Shown here: positions 1-14,514 of the stretch, one piece after another
Layout of the letters: the number at the start of each line of letters is the position of its first letter
How positions within the stretch are numbered: position 1 is the first letter of the stretch
Assembly (NCBI GenBank): GCA_049724395.1
Contig: JAUGWO010000102.1
Location: 1-64,000, forward strand
DNA: 64,000 nt
Direction of reading: 5' to 3'
Source of the DNA: Spongospora subterranea f. sp. subterranea
Taxonomy: Eukaryota
Position numbers and translations under genes: made by a program
Notes under the pieces: model-generated
What the model was told of the DNA's origin: nothing
Seen by the model: only the letters and a program-made list of their open reading frames with translations
The model's database searches: none

Positions 1-272
1 CCCTCCGATCCAATCAAAATTCTCAAACCAGATTGTAATTCCAAATCAACTTTCTCACCCGAACTCGAACATTGCAGTTACGCCTGCGATCTGATAGTTC
101 TAACTGAACGGGAACAGTTCTTTATCCGATTGGTTTTGGCGTTCACGCACGACTCGAATTTCTCACCTAGATTCGATTCGATCGTTTCCATCACCAGTCA
201 GTGGATTAGATTATCTGCACAACTTTAGCTGTAAGGGATCTAGTCTAAATAATGACCAAGATTGTATATCGA

Positions 273-2189
273 TCAAAAGCTATTTTTGAACCTATTTATC
301 AATCCCAAAGGAGCTGGCTCCATATTTAATACGCGGATGATAACCAGCACACGCCCAGGAGATTGGGACAGGTCATCACATATTGTGTCATCTTCATCGT
401 AATCGAATCTTAACGCGATTTTCACTGAGACCAGATCGTATTTTCTTGTAGAGCGTTGCTTTCTTGTCGGTGTTGACACTCGTGGTCTGGCAGCAGACCT
501 GGAATGCAGCAGTTTCCTGATCCGATTAGGAAGCAGACGAGCGCGTGTCAAAGGCCGTTGAATTGGTGGAGTTCCTGATTGGATGCGATTGCAGAGCTGT
601 AGAAGACTCTCCATCCCCACTGAATTCGGGTAATCCTGTAGCAATTGTAGGGCTATATCGTGCTGATTGCAGAGCAGACTGTTGCGAATAGACCTATAAA
701 ACAATGAAACTCGGCGACCTAGATGATATATCGATTATGCTCACGTGAGCATGGCGCAGCAGAACGACTGTAAAACAATCGGTCAGCAGTCGACGGGAAT
801 TCGCTGAAAATGGTAATCAATCACCTGAATGAATCGGACAATATCGCATTGTGGAATGGTAAACAACGTATCCCACAGCCGACACGCGTCTGGAAGAGTG
901 AATTCGCGAGTGAAAATGGCCATGATCCATCTTAACGAAAAGAAAGACGGCTCAATACCAAGAGAAGCCTACCAAGATCGTTGAGTTTTCGACATTACTG
1001 GGCTGAACATTGACAGATTTTGATAATTCGACCAAAGGTGTGAAAGGCTGGCAATGGTACGTGTTTGCCTACAAGATGGATATGGAGATCTGGGTCAACG
1101 TCCCCCAGCATGATGAACATTTCGTCCATAATCGTCATAATTCCACTTTGAGTAGAATCCATGTCTTCGATGTAGAAATGCAGCTTAGAGATGAGGTTCA
1201 TGAAGCTGTAAAAAGTCAAAGGTTCCACCTCGCGGGATAGTGGAACATGATCTCTGGGATGATCACGAAGATAAACATAGTAAAGCGGACCCTAAAATGG
1301 GGCCAAAATATATCGGTGTCAAACCATGAAACTCAACGATCAGTTTGAAAATGAGCAATACAGCTCTAGGTAGAAAGGAATGCCCTCAGCAAAAACATCA
1401 TAACAGTTAACACGATATTTAAAAAAAAAACGAAAATATTGCCAAATCAACGTCAATATGAACAGTTTTGGTGCTCACTGCAATCTCGTTTAAGCCTGCC
1501 GAAAAAACGGCAATTTTAGCTGAAATAATCGTGATCATGGAATGTGATATCGTGAACCTTGAACGTAACCGATCTGCGGCCACAGATTGGCAAACACGAA
1601 CAGGATTCGCACAAGTGCCTCACTATGCGATGCGTCTGATGCGAACAGATGATTGGCTCGCATGGTCCGTCTGAATTACACAAAAAAACAGTCACCGGAG
1701 AATTGAAAAGATTATAATTTGTAGAATGAAAACAATTGCAACGTAGTTTGCGAGAGAATAAGATATAGCTGATCAGTGAAATCATGAGTCGATGCAACCA
1801 AAGCAATGGCAGCAGCACGAGATGAACGGCGTAATCGTTAATCAGGCGGATATCCTTCAACAAGAAGCCGACGAAACCATTAAAACTCACTGGACATCGT
1901 TTCGAATGCGACTTAATAATAGCGTTTGATCTGGTTGCTCTACGTGACTAGATGAAAAGAACATTTCCACAAATTTCCAATAGCTGACGAAATGCTCCTG
2001 GCGTCGAATAGCGCGATGATCACGAACTAGCGGGGCTGAATGCAGCAGTAAGGACCATATAAGAGGACGAACCCCATAATCATCTGGTAAACCACATCGT
2101 GCGATAGCACAGAGTTCCGAATAGGAAGCGAGAGGTGAGTTCAGTTGACAGTAAAGGTGCATGTATTCGTCGTGGTCATTCCAGCTCAT
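273..2189 (-). CDS. TBC-domain Rab GTPase-activating protein (TBC1D13-like), multi-exon
   Basis: Exon peptides ELCAIARCGLPDDYGVRPLIWSLLL, IRNDVQ/RT (IxxDxxR finger split by an intron), GYVQG (YxQ finger), EPLTFYSFMNL and FFSLRWIMAIFTREFTLPDACRLWD match the TBC motifs in order. 3' end uncertain. Confidence 0.85.
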
Positions 2190-2821
2190 AGGCCGTCTTG
2201 ACTAGGCGTTGCAGCTAAGCACAAGATCATTCAGGTACTGCCACGACAAGAATATCCTATACCAATTAAGAGCAACAGTGATTGTCCAGCGACAATATGA
2301 GGTACAAGTAATGAGGCCTATGATTCACCTAACCCTCATTGAGGCGGAACAGTGGTTTTAACAACCCAACCTACTTGTGAAACTGGGGCAGATAGGTCAA
2401 ATGGTGTTCCAATCAGATTATAATATTGCATATCATCAACGCCGCTTGAACCAATTGGAATGCGGTCGCGCGAGCATCACCGCTTGCCGGTGGCTTATCG
2501 CACCTATAAAGGTTCGTAAGGGTGATATCGTGCCTGTAATCACATACTCCACCGATATATCGACACCCTGATTGTCATCGTAGCGACTAGATTGTTTGTA
2601 TCTTGATACTCAACGCTAATGCTGACTCAAACCATTGGTAAATTATAAATAACATTGGTTGAATGCAACAAAGAGATTGTTCACATGCAAATTTGTCATA
2701 AGAGAGGAATCTGATTTTAGAAAATGTTCTCGTCTAAAACAGTGATTGACGTGAGTAAATTGCCAATAAAAAGATATGAGGTTATTGGTTGCGCCATCAA
2801 GTACTTATTTAGGCTCACTAC

Positions 2822-4083
2822 TCAATTGGATAACTTCAGTTTTGACCTATAGGGTTTTGGAGACTGTTTAGCACCACCTCTAAGGGTCAGCCGAGGTTGA
2901 CATTCTCTTCGGTCCTTGATTATGGTAGTCGACGGAAATTTGTCGAACCCTTTTGACGCTAATTCGAAATTCTTCAAAAGCTGATCCTGCGTGTGCCTTC
3001 CATACATTTGGAACAGTATGGGACCGCCGCGTTTTGTAATGGGCACAGGTCGATGGTTTTGAACTGATCGATATCGCTGGTCCTTTGTGGCTATTCCAAG
3101 TGCATGTTCGGCAAGAGTAAGAACGTATCCAATTCATTGGCCATACAAATGAGGTTGTTAGTCGGCGCCATCCCAACAGTTTTCGAAACAATGCACACTC
3201 GTCGCGTCGATTTTCAACACATTGTTTAATACACTGTTCAATGTTCCAGTTTCCTCATAGCTAATAGCTTTTGATTCGGGCCGATGGTGAAGGCGAATTA
3301 GTCCTCACATGCTTCCAATAATCTGTAATAGTCGCCATCGCGTTGTCAGCCATCTGCTCTGGAGATTCCGACAGATCAACTCCTTGACGTTGTGCTTCCC
3401 CAAACAATGTCCGAATCTTCGTGTGAATATCAGCTTTTGTTATTGGGACCCATGTCGGATGCCGGCGACGTCGTTGCTCGGCGCGCTTCACCAGCTTCTG
3501 GGTGTAATCTGCCAAATGCTCGCGTACTTCATGTTCGCCAAGACCCTCAAAATTATGACCAGGTTCTAACATCAATGACATAATGAAGATGAATGGCTTC
3601 GGCAATACTCCTCCGCATCCGGTAATCGGTCAAACAAGGCAGATTCCATAACTCTGGATGATCGGCGATTCGTGGAACAATGATCCGAGACAGCTAGAAT
3701 GTGAAAACTTCATGTCGGCGGTTGCTAGCGCGGAAAGACGACAACTGCAATGGTGATTACATAAATGCCATTCTTTTTCACGGATCAGGTCAATGTTTTA
3801 TAGTTTGACGATACTATTGTGACGATTTGAAAACTAATAAACTGAACTGATGAATGAGGTTATCTACGCACTGCCGTAAAATGTCGCCGCTTCCTGTGTA
3901 TTTTCTGCATGATCTAGACTTGACCTGAGTAAGAAGCATCAATTTTGTGTTGACTGCACAGTGACGTTGACGAGATATAACTAATGAGTGTCTATGGCTG
4001 TGATCATTGAATTGATAAATGAACGGCGAACCTCGGGCCCATACAACTGTTGATGATGAACACAATATGTAGAGAAGGGCCAT
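2822..4083 (-). CDS. Hypothetical multi-exon protein, possibly secreted
   Basis: ATG at 4083 followed by hydrophobic MALLYILCSSSTVVWA; coding-like exon 3261-3605 ends at a GT donor. Exon joining not resolved and no recognisable domain. Confidence 0.3.
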
Positions 4084-4261
4084 GATTGTTGACTGTTCAC
4101 GTAACAGGTACGCCCAACACCCTACACCCTACACCCGGTATCGTGATCTGTGCCGGCCGCCCACCCCTTACATATACCGTTATCCACCTCCTTTTGTATT
4201 CGGAGGAAAGGCTGCTCTGGTTCGGAGGCCTTCTTCGTTAAATTACTGGCCGCATTTTGCA

Positions 4262-7200
4262 ATGTTGTTCTCTAACCACATAGCTTTCCTGATATTAACT
4301 GTGATCTGCTCTATGGCGGCCGCATCGTGGCCAATGTCATCTGTGGCAATGCAATACCTTCAAGATGAGGAAGTGCCCCATCCTCGCGAATCCACACTCC
4401 CGCCATGCTTGCCCAGTTCTCCCCGCATCGCCATTGTCTTCAAACCTCCAATTCACACGCATCGCTTTGATGAGTTTCTAAATGCACATTCAAAATGTAT
4501 GACACTCAAAATGTACGATGCGCTCTATACACTAGGAATACGAATATTTACTCATCTGTAGTTAACAACACCCAGTACTTAAGTTTAACATTTTCAAATT
4601 AGATCTATGTGCATACCTTGATGTCTTCTAACAACTTTCTAATAGGCGAATTGGGAGAATACATCGCACCAAATTCTTTGGTTATTGAATGCGACCAAGC
4701 CAGCGCTTTAAATGCGGCCTTTAGTTTGGTCGAATCAGGACTCGGCGTTAATGTCATCTGTGTAAAGGAAGCAAGGACTATTGGGAGCGAACCTCCCAAC
4801 GGATTCCGTCCAAGAAAATTCGAGCTGCTGAACAAGTTTTCGCGATATGTGACTCAGGCCGGCTCCCATAGGGATCTGCCAGCATTCAGGAACGGCTTGA
4901 ACGGTTCTGGGCAGGTTTTGTGTAATATCTGTACAATACTGTGTGGATTCCTTATTTATTCAAACAGATTGTCGCCATTGCTGATACAGGAATTGACTAT
5001 GATATGTGTTTCTTCCACGATCCCGAATGCCCTGTCCCTGTCAATACGGTACAATGGACTTCTCGACCACTATTTTTTTTCGCCAATTTGTTTTAGTCTC
5101 TAAAACGCATGAAATTGTTTGGCGAAAACTTTTTCAGCGTGCTTAGACGTTTCATCTCATTTTCACATTTTGTTACGACCCAGACTGCGACGCGCCGATT
5201 TCTCAAAATTTGTTCCATTTATCCATCATTGATCGTTCATGTAGCCAGTTTTCTTTTAAATGTGATTTTATTGACATGAGTCGATATTAATGAACTCCAG
5301 TTTATTTTTTTCATTGCTTCAAGTGATACGTTTCTTCAGGTGAATATGAAACATCGCAAAATTATCGTGTATCGCCCGCTTCCGCCAGGATCAGAGCTAT
5401 CATCAGATACTAGTCACGGGACCCATACTGTAATTTCACATCAATGTGTCATTTGCTTTGTTGTTTTTGTGTTCTGCTTTGACTTGGACGGGCTGAACGA
5501 TTGTTTTTTCATTTTTATTCATCGATTTTAGGCTGGCTCAATTGCTGGAGAGGCATCGTACTCTGATCCCTCTGTGGTGCAAGCGATCAGCGTAATAAAC
5601 GGAATGGCGTTCCGATCCAAGCTTGCCGTGTATGATCTCGGACCAAAACAACAGGTCGCACTGACAATGTTTCCTCGATCGATTTGGTTCACCCCTATCA
5701 ACAACCTTTCAGCATTCTTGATATCAAAATTTATGCGTTTAATAAGCAGAAGTGGATGCTTGCTTGTTCGTAATTAATAATTGAATATGCTATGCTTTTT
5801 GTCTTTAGATTCGCATTCCTGGGAATCTATATGAGGATTTGTTCGAAATTGTCGCCAAAGACTCAGATGCCAAAATCATTAGTAATTCATGGGGGGCACC
5901 CTTGGATCGGGATGAAGAGCATTCATACGACCAATATGCCCTGGCCACCGACAAGTTTGTGTATGACAACCCAGTAAGGAAATTAATAAGACATTTTTAG
6001 CATGGTGTGTATGCTGATTATTTGGGTTTCAAGGAATACTTGATTCTATATGGGGCTGGAAACTGGGGGGGAAACAACGCCCTGAGCTCATCAATAGGTC
6101 AGATACATCATCACCACACGTTAACCTCTTTGTCAGATTGTCAAGCAGTGCTCAAATATTGTTTTTTGCGATCGCCGATCATTACATCTGATTCTCGTGA
6201 TTGTTCAGGAACGCCTGCCATTGCAAAGAATGCGCTTACGATAGGTTCGGCGACAAGCACGGCGCAGAGCTTCACAGACGCTCATCTCGTGCCTCATGTG
6301 TTCTTGCGCATCCTCTCACCGGCGGGCGTCTCTGGTTTCACAGGATTCCATTCCATGATTCAGGTATGAATGGAACACCACGAAGTCGTTCATGCAACAT
6401 CAGGTTCAGCTTTCCAAGTTCGTCAAGTTCTGCTTTTTATTACAACTATTTTTGGCAACAATAAGAATTGAAAAGTAGGCTGATGCGCCTAACCTTTCAT
6501 TCCCGTTTCTGCAACTCTTTTATGTCAACATAGCGCAACCAAAACTTTGATTTGTTTTAATATTTATATCCTTTTTCGACTAATGTTTACAAATTAGGCC
6601 AAAATTGGCGGCGATGTAATTGAACTAGAGCCTACCGCTCGCCGAGTTATCTTATCCAATCCTCCTGATGCGTGCTCTGTCCTAAATCACTCTCTGATTT
6701 TTCGTCAGAAAATAGTTTTAGTGTCTGATGCCGTTGGAAGATGTAGTATTGCTACCCAGGTAAACCCCTCGTCTTCCTTCATGATTATCCATGTTCAAAT
6801 ATCATGTATCTTTCTGTATTGGTTTTGATTACAGCATAAGCGTTGCATTCGGCATATTTTTGTCGCCAGTTATTTTAGCATATTCCTCAATCTACATATC
6901 AACAGTATACTACATTTGAATTGTCGCCCTTTTCAATTTATGAACAAAATAATTTGTCAGGCATCGAATGTTCAAGCGGCAGGCGCTGCAGTGATGATGT
7001 TAATCTCCACCAGCCGTGGAAACGAGGCTTTGGACGAGTTTCCATTTCGGACGCCTCTCTCCCGGTCGATATTCATCCCCATTATAGGGGTCGATGTCGA
7101 CCTGGGCAGTGCGATTGCCAACTTCGCCGCTGATAATGTAACGGTCCCTGATTCCTGCTTATGATGAATCGCTAAAAGAGAAAAGAAGTCTCGGTTATGT

Positions 7201-10200
7201 ATCGGATTTCTCCTCTCGAGGGCCAACATTCGGTAATAATCATATGTTTCTTGTTCATGTATGGATTCATCTTTTCGAGATAAACTATTTTCGGGTTTTC
7301 TTTCAACTGAGCAAATTTCGGATTTATTTCTTCACTGAGCCCTGTTTGTTGGCATCTTGAAGCCTCTCTGAACGCGAATTTGCAGATGGTCGATATAAAC
7401 CGGACATTTTATCGCCTGGAGAGTACATATTATCCGCCAAGAGCGATAATGATCTATCGTCGTTTCAATGCGATCGTAATGACACAGCAGATTACCTGCC
7501 CGGAATGCTTGTCTGATTGAATATTTTATCCTTAGCCTCGCAATACTCCAGCATGAAAGGAACATCAATGGCCACACCGATCGCCGCCGGAAACATGGCA
7601 CAGATTCGACAGTATCTAGTCGATGGGTATTATCCTAGTGGTGCTCCAGTAATAAGTCCTTGATTTGGTTTTTGTTAAACATGTTGCAACTTTTATATTT
7701 ATCCGTCTGCATCCCAATCTGTCTTGTTATCTTTGCAATTGCTATCTTATCTTATGTAAGCTGAAAGTTGTTTTGTATTGTGAGTTGCTTGAACGTGCTG
7801 TGATGTATTCAGTTATGTGTCAATGATTTATGACGGGAATACATTTAGGTTTCGGCAGATTCAATACCAAATCCCAGTGCATCGTTGTTGAAATCGCTGG
7901 CTATCAATAGCGGTGTGCCAATGCATGGATGGGTTGTCACTAATGAGAGTAAGTAACCCCGCTATTTCCTTCTTGTCGTTTGTTGCCTTGGCGAAACTGC
8001 TCTGTCTTTCTTCATCATCAATATAGTTCTATCGGATTTTGTTCGTTGAATTTGTTCCTATCCCTCCCCCTCCCCACAGTTCATGATTTTGATGAACGGT
8101 TTTGTTGATATATAGAGGTTCTGGAGGTGGATGGGCCTCCGTCCAATACTCAAGGATATGGGCGCATGCAGTTGGATCAAGTTTTGCCATTCAAAGAAAC
8201 TTTCGACAATTTCAAGTTGTTCCTGGTAGATAATAAGCCCATTTCTACCTCACAGCATCATCACTACTGCTTCTCAGTCAAGCCGTCGTCGAAGCCTTTT
8301 AAAGTCACATTAGGTAATTTTTGTTGATATCGTCTAGCATGTGGTCGGCATTTTCAACTGCCACCGTACTGAAAACTTTTCGAAACCTGTCAATGCTCGA
8401 ATATTCAACAAGTCGCATTTTTTCTTCTGTTTGATGTTAACTGGCGTGTTTAGTTTGGTCGGACCCTCCTGCTGACATGTCCTCTGACTATCTACTGGTC
8501 AACAACCTTGACCTGGTCGTGACATCCACCAAAGGCGGAGTACACTGGGTTGGAAACCAGCGTCTACCGACTCCATCGACAGACACGTCGTTGCACAGGA
8601 TGCTTGATACACTTAACAACGTCGAACAGGTTGCGATTGATGTCGCAGCATTGGACACGTACGACATACTTGTTTCTGGAAACAATGTGCCAAAAGGACC
8701 ACAACTATACTCATTAACAGTCACTGGCCAGTAAGTCCATTGAGATGTGTGTTGCTATTGCATGTTTCAAAGTTTTGAGATTTCATTGTGTTAAAAAAGA
8801 TTTCAAATCATTTCAAATGTAAAAAATGCCACTTTAGCAGGCTCCTGCTAATTGTGTCTTTGTACAATCCACCTGCTGTAGCTTGCTTCCAATAATGTTT
8901 TCCAGCCAACGCATAATGATGAGTCATAGACTTAATGAGACTTTTCAGGTTCGAGCAGCGTCCTGTATCTGAGTGTCAGGGATCAGTCACGGTCTGTCCA
9001 AACAGCTGCTCTGTCCATGGACGTTGCACCAGCGAAGGGCTCTGCGAATGCTTTCCCGAATACGCCGGTATGAGATTCCTTGATATTGCATTCACCAGTT
9101 CACTTCACTTTTTTCGCCATAACTGGTATGGTATTTTGGTGGTATGAATAGCAGTGCCTAGAAATCAAGGCACCAGTCCTGTGTATTTGTTTTTCAAAAC
9201 GTTGCGATAAATATATTTTAGTGTTTCACAGGCTTTTTTCTGCTGATCTGCCTATCAGGCTGATTTTTGGCAAGACGAATCTTGACGTGATGTTATGCAG
9301 GATTTGATTGCTCGTTTGCAAGCTCTGCTATGAAAGCAAAGGCACCCAACGTTGCCAGCTCCGTCGCCGTTGGCCAATGGGTATTCTACCATTTCGACAT
9401 TGCCCGGTCTGGCGGCAGTAAGGATGTATTGACTCTTCCCAGCGGTGTCACCTGTATTCAAGTTGTTGCGGCTACTGGCAGCGATCTGGCCCACCCTGAG
9501 GTATTTGTCTCGAGGGGCCGAATGCCCAATATGGCAACCGCAGACTGGTTGAACCAATCTAGACGGAACCCAGTCTCCTTAACCATACGCGATAATCATT
9601 CTTTGTTGAACGGAAGGTTGGCTTCATTTAACCATGTTTTGTTTTTATTTTTGATGCAAATCCGAATTCGGGAACCAATGGTTTTGAAGCAAGCCTTGTT
9701 ATATATGATTGGGAGTTTGTGTTTGCTCTCGCTTGCATCCGATCTTTTTTATGTGCCAATCATTGGTATTATCAGATATTACGTTGGTGTATTTGGCGGA
9801 TGCTGCAATACGGCAGAATTGACATTAACAGTTACCGCCACATGCGGCCCGATGTCGGATTCAGTTAATGCCAGCGGAATTGCAGGAATCCAATCGGTTA
9901 GTTTGACACATACAACTTCTCAACAGTTTACACCTTTTTGAGATTGCCAGAGCAACCGAGTTCTCGCGTTTTCTCCAAATTCTATTTCTGCCCTAATCTT
10001 TGATCCAAAATGTTCGTCAATATTAAATTGGGCCTCTTTGGCAACAGTTTTTATGCGTCTTTGATAAGGTTTCTGAAATATTTTCCTGTTGCGGAGGAAT
10101 GTTTTTTTTTCACCGTCGATCTGAGTTCTGCTTTCAATGCTTTGAGTTTTCATAAACCGTGTTTTCACAGATTGAGCCGTCTGGTACAATGTTGACAGCT

Positions 10201-10344
10201 TGGATCACTGTCATATCGCTTTTGATGGCTGGATCTGTGGTAGCTGTTGCCGCTGTCGTTATCCGAATGTTAACAACCGGAGGTTCCATTCCTTACATGC
10301 CCATTGAAAAATCGCAGCCAAGAACGGCTGCGATTCTGACATAA
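4262..10344 (+). CDS. Subtilisin-like S8 serine protease (KP-43/Dictyostelium TagC-like) with signal peptide, PA insert, EGF-like repeat and C-terminal TM helix
   Basis: Signal MLFSNHIAFLILTVICSMAAA; catalytic motifs IADTGIDYD (~4980), HGTH (~5415), GAGN, AKNALTIGSA, KPDILSPG, GTSMATP (~7560); QGYGR, LVNNLDL, NNVEQV; EGF CPNSCSVHGRCTSEGLCECFPEYAG; TM AWITVISLLMAGSVVAVAAVVI. Confidence 0.9.
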
Positions 10345-10725
10345 AAGGTTGGAGCGTCGATGCTCACCAACTTTTAGGATTAAAATAAATTAGCTGGCTG
10401 GTTGAAGTACAACTACTTGTATGGCGGCGCTTGTAATAAACCATCTATTTACGAATACATTTCCGTTGTCAAATATTCCTAAAGTAACCTGTTAGCTACC
10501 TGTTTGGACCATTGAATTCCTCAATTCATTGCTTGAATTACGATAGTTGGATCTTTCAAAGAACAGTGCCAATGCGTGCAAGACCAGAAAGCAAAAGACT
10601 GCTTTATGGAAAGGGATAACCAGTAGATTTAACATCCGCTTGTTTCACTCTTGACATCAATATTGAAAATCGATTCACTGCCTTGAAATCAGTGTATTGT
10701 TGCTATTATGGTTCAGGCTGATTGA

Positions 10726-10769
10726 AAATATGAACGTGAAACCGATATTCCGGTTTCACGTTCATATTT
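10726..10769. repeat. Perfect 19-bp inverted repeat with 6-nt loop
   Basis: aaatatgaacgtgaaaccg-atattc-cggtttcacgttcatattt. Confidence 0.9.
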
Positions 10770-12499
10770 CATATCCTCAGTGTGAATATTCATTTGTGTT
10801 CATATTATAGAATTGGTAAGGCACCCAAAGGGGGATAATGATCCCGATGATGATTTACCTTTCTTGCTACATTACATCAAAAACCCAATTTGAGTTGATG
10901 CGGCGTCGAAACGGGTTTGAGAAGCATTAATTGAAGGAATTGTCAGTTTTGCCAACACGCTTGTTACAATGGGCTGCATCTAAAGCGATTGTACGGTCGA
11001 GAGTGGGCGAGAATCCAATATTGGCTCGCATGGACACCGTGAATGAAAGATTCATGTGCCTGTCAATAATGCCATTCTCAGGCAATGAAGATTTGAAACA
11101 AATGACGATATATTCATAAGGGTAATAGAGGATTTCACAGGCGGCTTAGACTGTTATTTACTGGTTGATAAGAACACCTGCTGCGTCTATAAACGGTTTC
11201 TGGTGATCATTCGATACGTTGATGAAATTGAAGGCGCTCAGTAAAGTTGATGATGTACATGTTCCTGGATCGTGCCAGATCAGTTTGCGACTGTGAGGAT
11301 GACGCCAGAAATGGCGACGAATAAATTGAGTTGATAGCCCGGACCCATGACCGACCCATGGCGATTGCACTACATTGGTATGCTGTTGAGAAGGCGGCGT
11401 GTGAATGCCGCTCGATGGTGATGGCACGTGTCGCCCGATCATGACCATCTCTGGATGTAGAAGGAGTGTTAGCTGCCATCCATATTCTGCTGGTGTCTAC
11501 TCTCCCTGTTCGAATGACACTCGTACCGGGTCGTTGTCCACAGATTCCTCTACTTTCCGTATTTCAGGAATATGGAACGGGGTCTAACTCGCAAGGAGAG
11601 GCATCGACAAGGGCGACTCAAAACTATTCCTAGGAAATAATACACAATCCTCATGAACAAACTGGTCCATTGAGGAGTAAGATACTGTCGTCAATTCCGG
11701 CGATTGCCGAAAACAGCGGTCGTTGACTCTGAGTGGATTATCAGATTGGATAGTGATCTCGTCATAACAGGGGTCGGGGCGTATATGCCCATATATAATG
11801 TGATTGGGATATAGGATTCGGGACGAAAACCAGACGGGAACGTGTCCATCTGTAAATAGGATGGAACAGTGCCCAACAATATGATGTCCATCGCGGCACG
11901 AATCGGTTGAATGGTGTACCCCGCTAACTAACAGATAACCAGGAAGACGTTCTCACACCTACCGCGATCATTGAATTGCAGTCGGGGCCTAACAAACCTG
12001 ATTATTGATGGGGTGATAATGTCGTGAACCAATAGATATTTCCCATTCCGTATGATCAACAAGGCTTTGTTAAAGTATTAGAAATACATTAAACATGACT
12101 TGTAGAGAAAATCAACAATTAAAAAATGAAAAACTCCTGGAGGTGTATTCAATCGAAGTCGAAACCACATTTGGGATAGTAAAGTTACTGGAGGGCATCA
12201 TAAGACCGACATTGCCCACCCCTAATCAGGTTCATTTTCCCTGACTGAATTACATGAACGCGGTACACCCTACAGCCGGTTCGTGGGGTTTATGAACTTG
12301 ATACATATTGACGGGCACTTCTCCGTCCCGGATTTCGAACTTGGACGAGATGATTCATTTTGCAGCTGATGCTGATTTAAAAAAAAAATCATGGGGCAGT
12401 GCATTGTCAACATTATCCGCTTTCACCAGCACCAAGTGAATCGAAGTCGCTGTCCAATGCCCCTTTTCCCGTCCAGTGCCCATTAGCCACAACTTCTAC

Positions 12500-13360
12500 A
12501 GAAACTGATCGTGGACCACTGTCCCCAGACGAGAGAAAGTGCCGTTTAGAGAATGCCATATGTCTCTACTGTTGACGACCTGGCCATCGTAAGGATTACT
12601 GCCCATCCATGTCGGGAAACGATCCGGCCCGTCTGCAATCGCGTTGACGGGCGGGCAAGTCTTGTGCCAACCAACCTCTATGGTTTAGTCCTATTGTTGT
12701 TAATATATCTGACCCGCTCCTCTAAATATTCCAGTTCTGTTTATTCCGATTACCGATCTGGCCTTCCTGGTCTACCTTTCGTGCCCATATCGTCCAATCC
12801 ACTTTCAATTCTCTCCCTATTGTGTCCATAATGTACCGCCTTGGCCCCCCCTGCCTACAGATCCAACTCCTAATTAACTGTTGAACTCATTATTGCCCTA
12901 GTCGGCTCTGAATTTCCATCCTCCTTCATTGATCGCGATCATGCTGAAATCTTAGGACTTCTCATCAATAGATTCACCGAATCAACGCCCGGTAAAGACT
13001 ATGGGCGGTTGAGGTCTGAAGGCTCAAGACACCTATTCCTGTTGAGATAGAGACTTGTCTTGGACGCCAACACACCCGCTTCGGTACGTCATCAAAGTGA
13101 AGTGTCGCAGGATGGTGTTAGGCTCTCAAATGGGTAATCAATCGCAACCAGATATTGATTGGCGTCACCAACAAATCAGTCCCCAGTAAAACCTTCCATC
13201 GTCATACTCAAGTGGTTGCCGTCGAAGTCGGTCCTGAGGGCCAACAAATTCAGGTGTCACTCCAATACCAGTCAAGCGGGTTTTCCGACGTATTCGCCAA
13301 ATCTATATTGAACCAACTCCCTGCTCAAGGGCAGTATGATTGCGAAGAACATGACCGATC
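12500..13360 (+). mobile_element. Degenerate Ty3/Gypsy LTR-retrotransposon relic (gag zinc knuckle, protease, pre-RT region)
   Basis: DRGPLSPDERKCRLENAICLYC*RPGHRKDYCP (CCHC knuckle with internal stop, 12507-12605); ALVGSEFPSSFID (decayed ALxDSGAxxxFID); VLG...QPDIDW; FSDVFAKSILNQLPAQGQYDC (DVF..LPP..YD motif), all in Gypsy order. Confidence 0.75.
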
Positions 13361-14514
13361 GATAAATGATATCAACATTTTCAAATTGATGTGAATGCTG
13401 AGAATAGGAGTATGATCGCTTAATCCCGGCAACTTTCGAAGTATTTCGATTGTGCTATACATTTCTAAAATCGTTGGATTAACAGTAAATTAGACGGTAG
13501 ATGACGGTTTTTGTATTCTATTTGCATTTGGCTGGAGTTTGTGAAAGAGGACATTCTAATTTTAGTAGGCAACGGTGACAGATCAGGCCAAAACCAGGTT
13601 CGATGGAGCGCAACTGATAAATCCCCATCTCAAAAGTTTCACAATCCGTCTTAGTAATAATTTGAACGAACCTTTTGCCTGTGAAATGGGTGCCGTTGAT
13701 GATCAAGGCATTGCGATGGTAAACACGCTCCTCGAGATGCCGCCTGCGGTTGCGGTGTCCGATTGTGATTTCCTTCAACATGGAAGAGTGCAGTGGAATA
13801 CCAGGATTTGCCACGACGATGATTCACGTTGGAGTTAAACAGGGCCTCAAAAGGCGAATGCAGACTATCAGGGTTTGAACCCTTCGTCATATCCTTCTCG
13901 ACTCGACGTTTTTGCAAGTCCAATCTCTCGTCTGATCCTCTATGGGATGACAGAGGAACATCCAGTAATCCGATTTATCGGCCCAATTGGACATTTCTGT
14001 GGTTTGTCAAAGACCACCAGCAAGAACCGTTCCTCCAACTATGGTAACCAGCAGATGCCATCAACAAAGAATAAAAACGCCCGATTAATTCATTCATTTT
14101 AGCTATCCGTTCAACATGGCCAGTTCTTGGTCAACGCCAAAATGAGAGAAGTTAGGATGACTCTGACATTCGATTGCCCTTTTCAGCCACACACATTTTG
14201 ATCATCAGCATTGCATGAGAGAGATAATGAACATTCATGGGGATCAACAACTGTATGTTGACTCAAATTGCGAAAGATCATTGAAGGCGCTAATGTGATC
14301 TACAAGAGAAGTTGCCACGTGAACATTACAGTTTCAACCCAAGGGAACCAGGACGCACAGAGCACAGAGTGTTCATCAAGAAAAACTATTTCGGACGGAT
14401 TTGAATGTGAGATTGGATGTTTGAATCAAGAACTACAATAGCGTCTTGTACTATATCTTAATGAAAATAAGATATAATGTGAATATTAATTTAAAGATAA
14501 ACAGTGGACACCAG

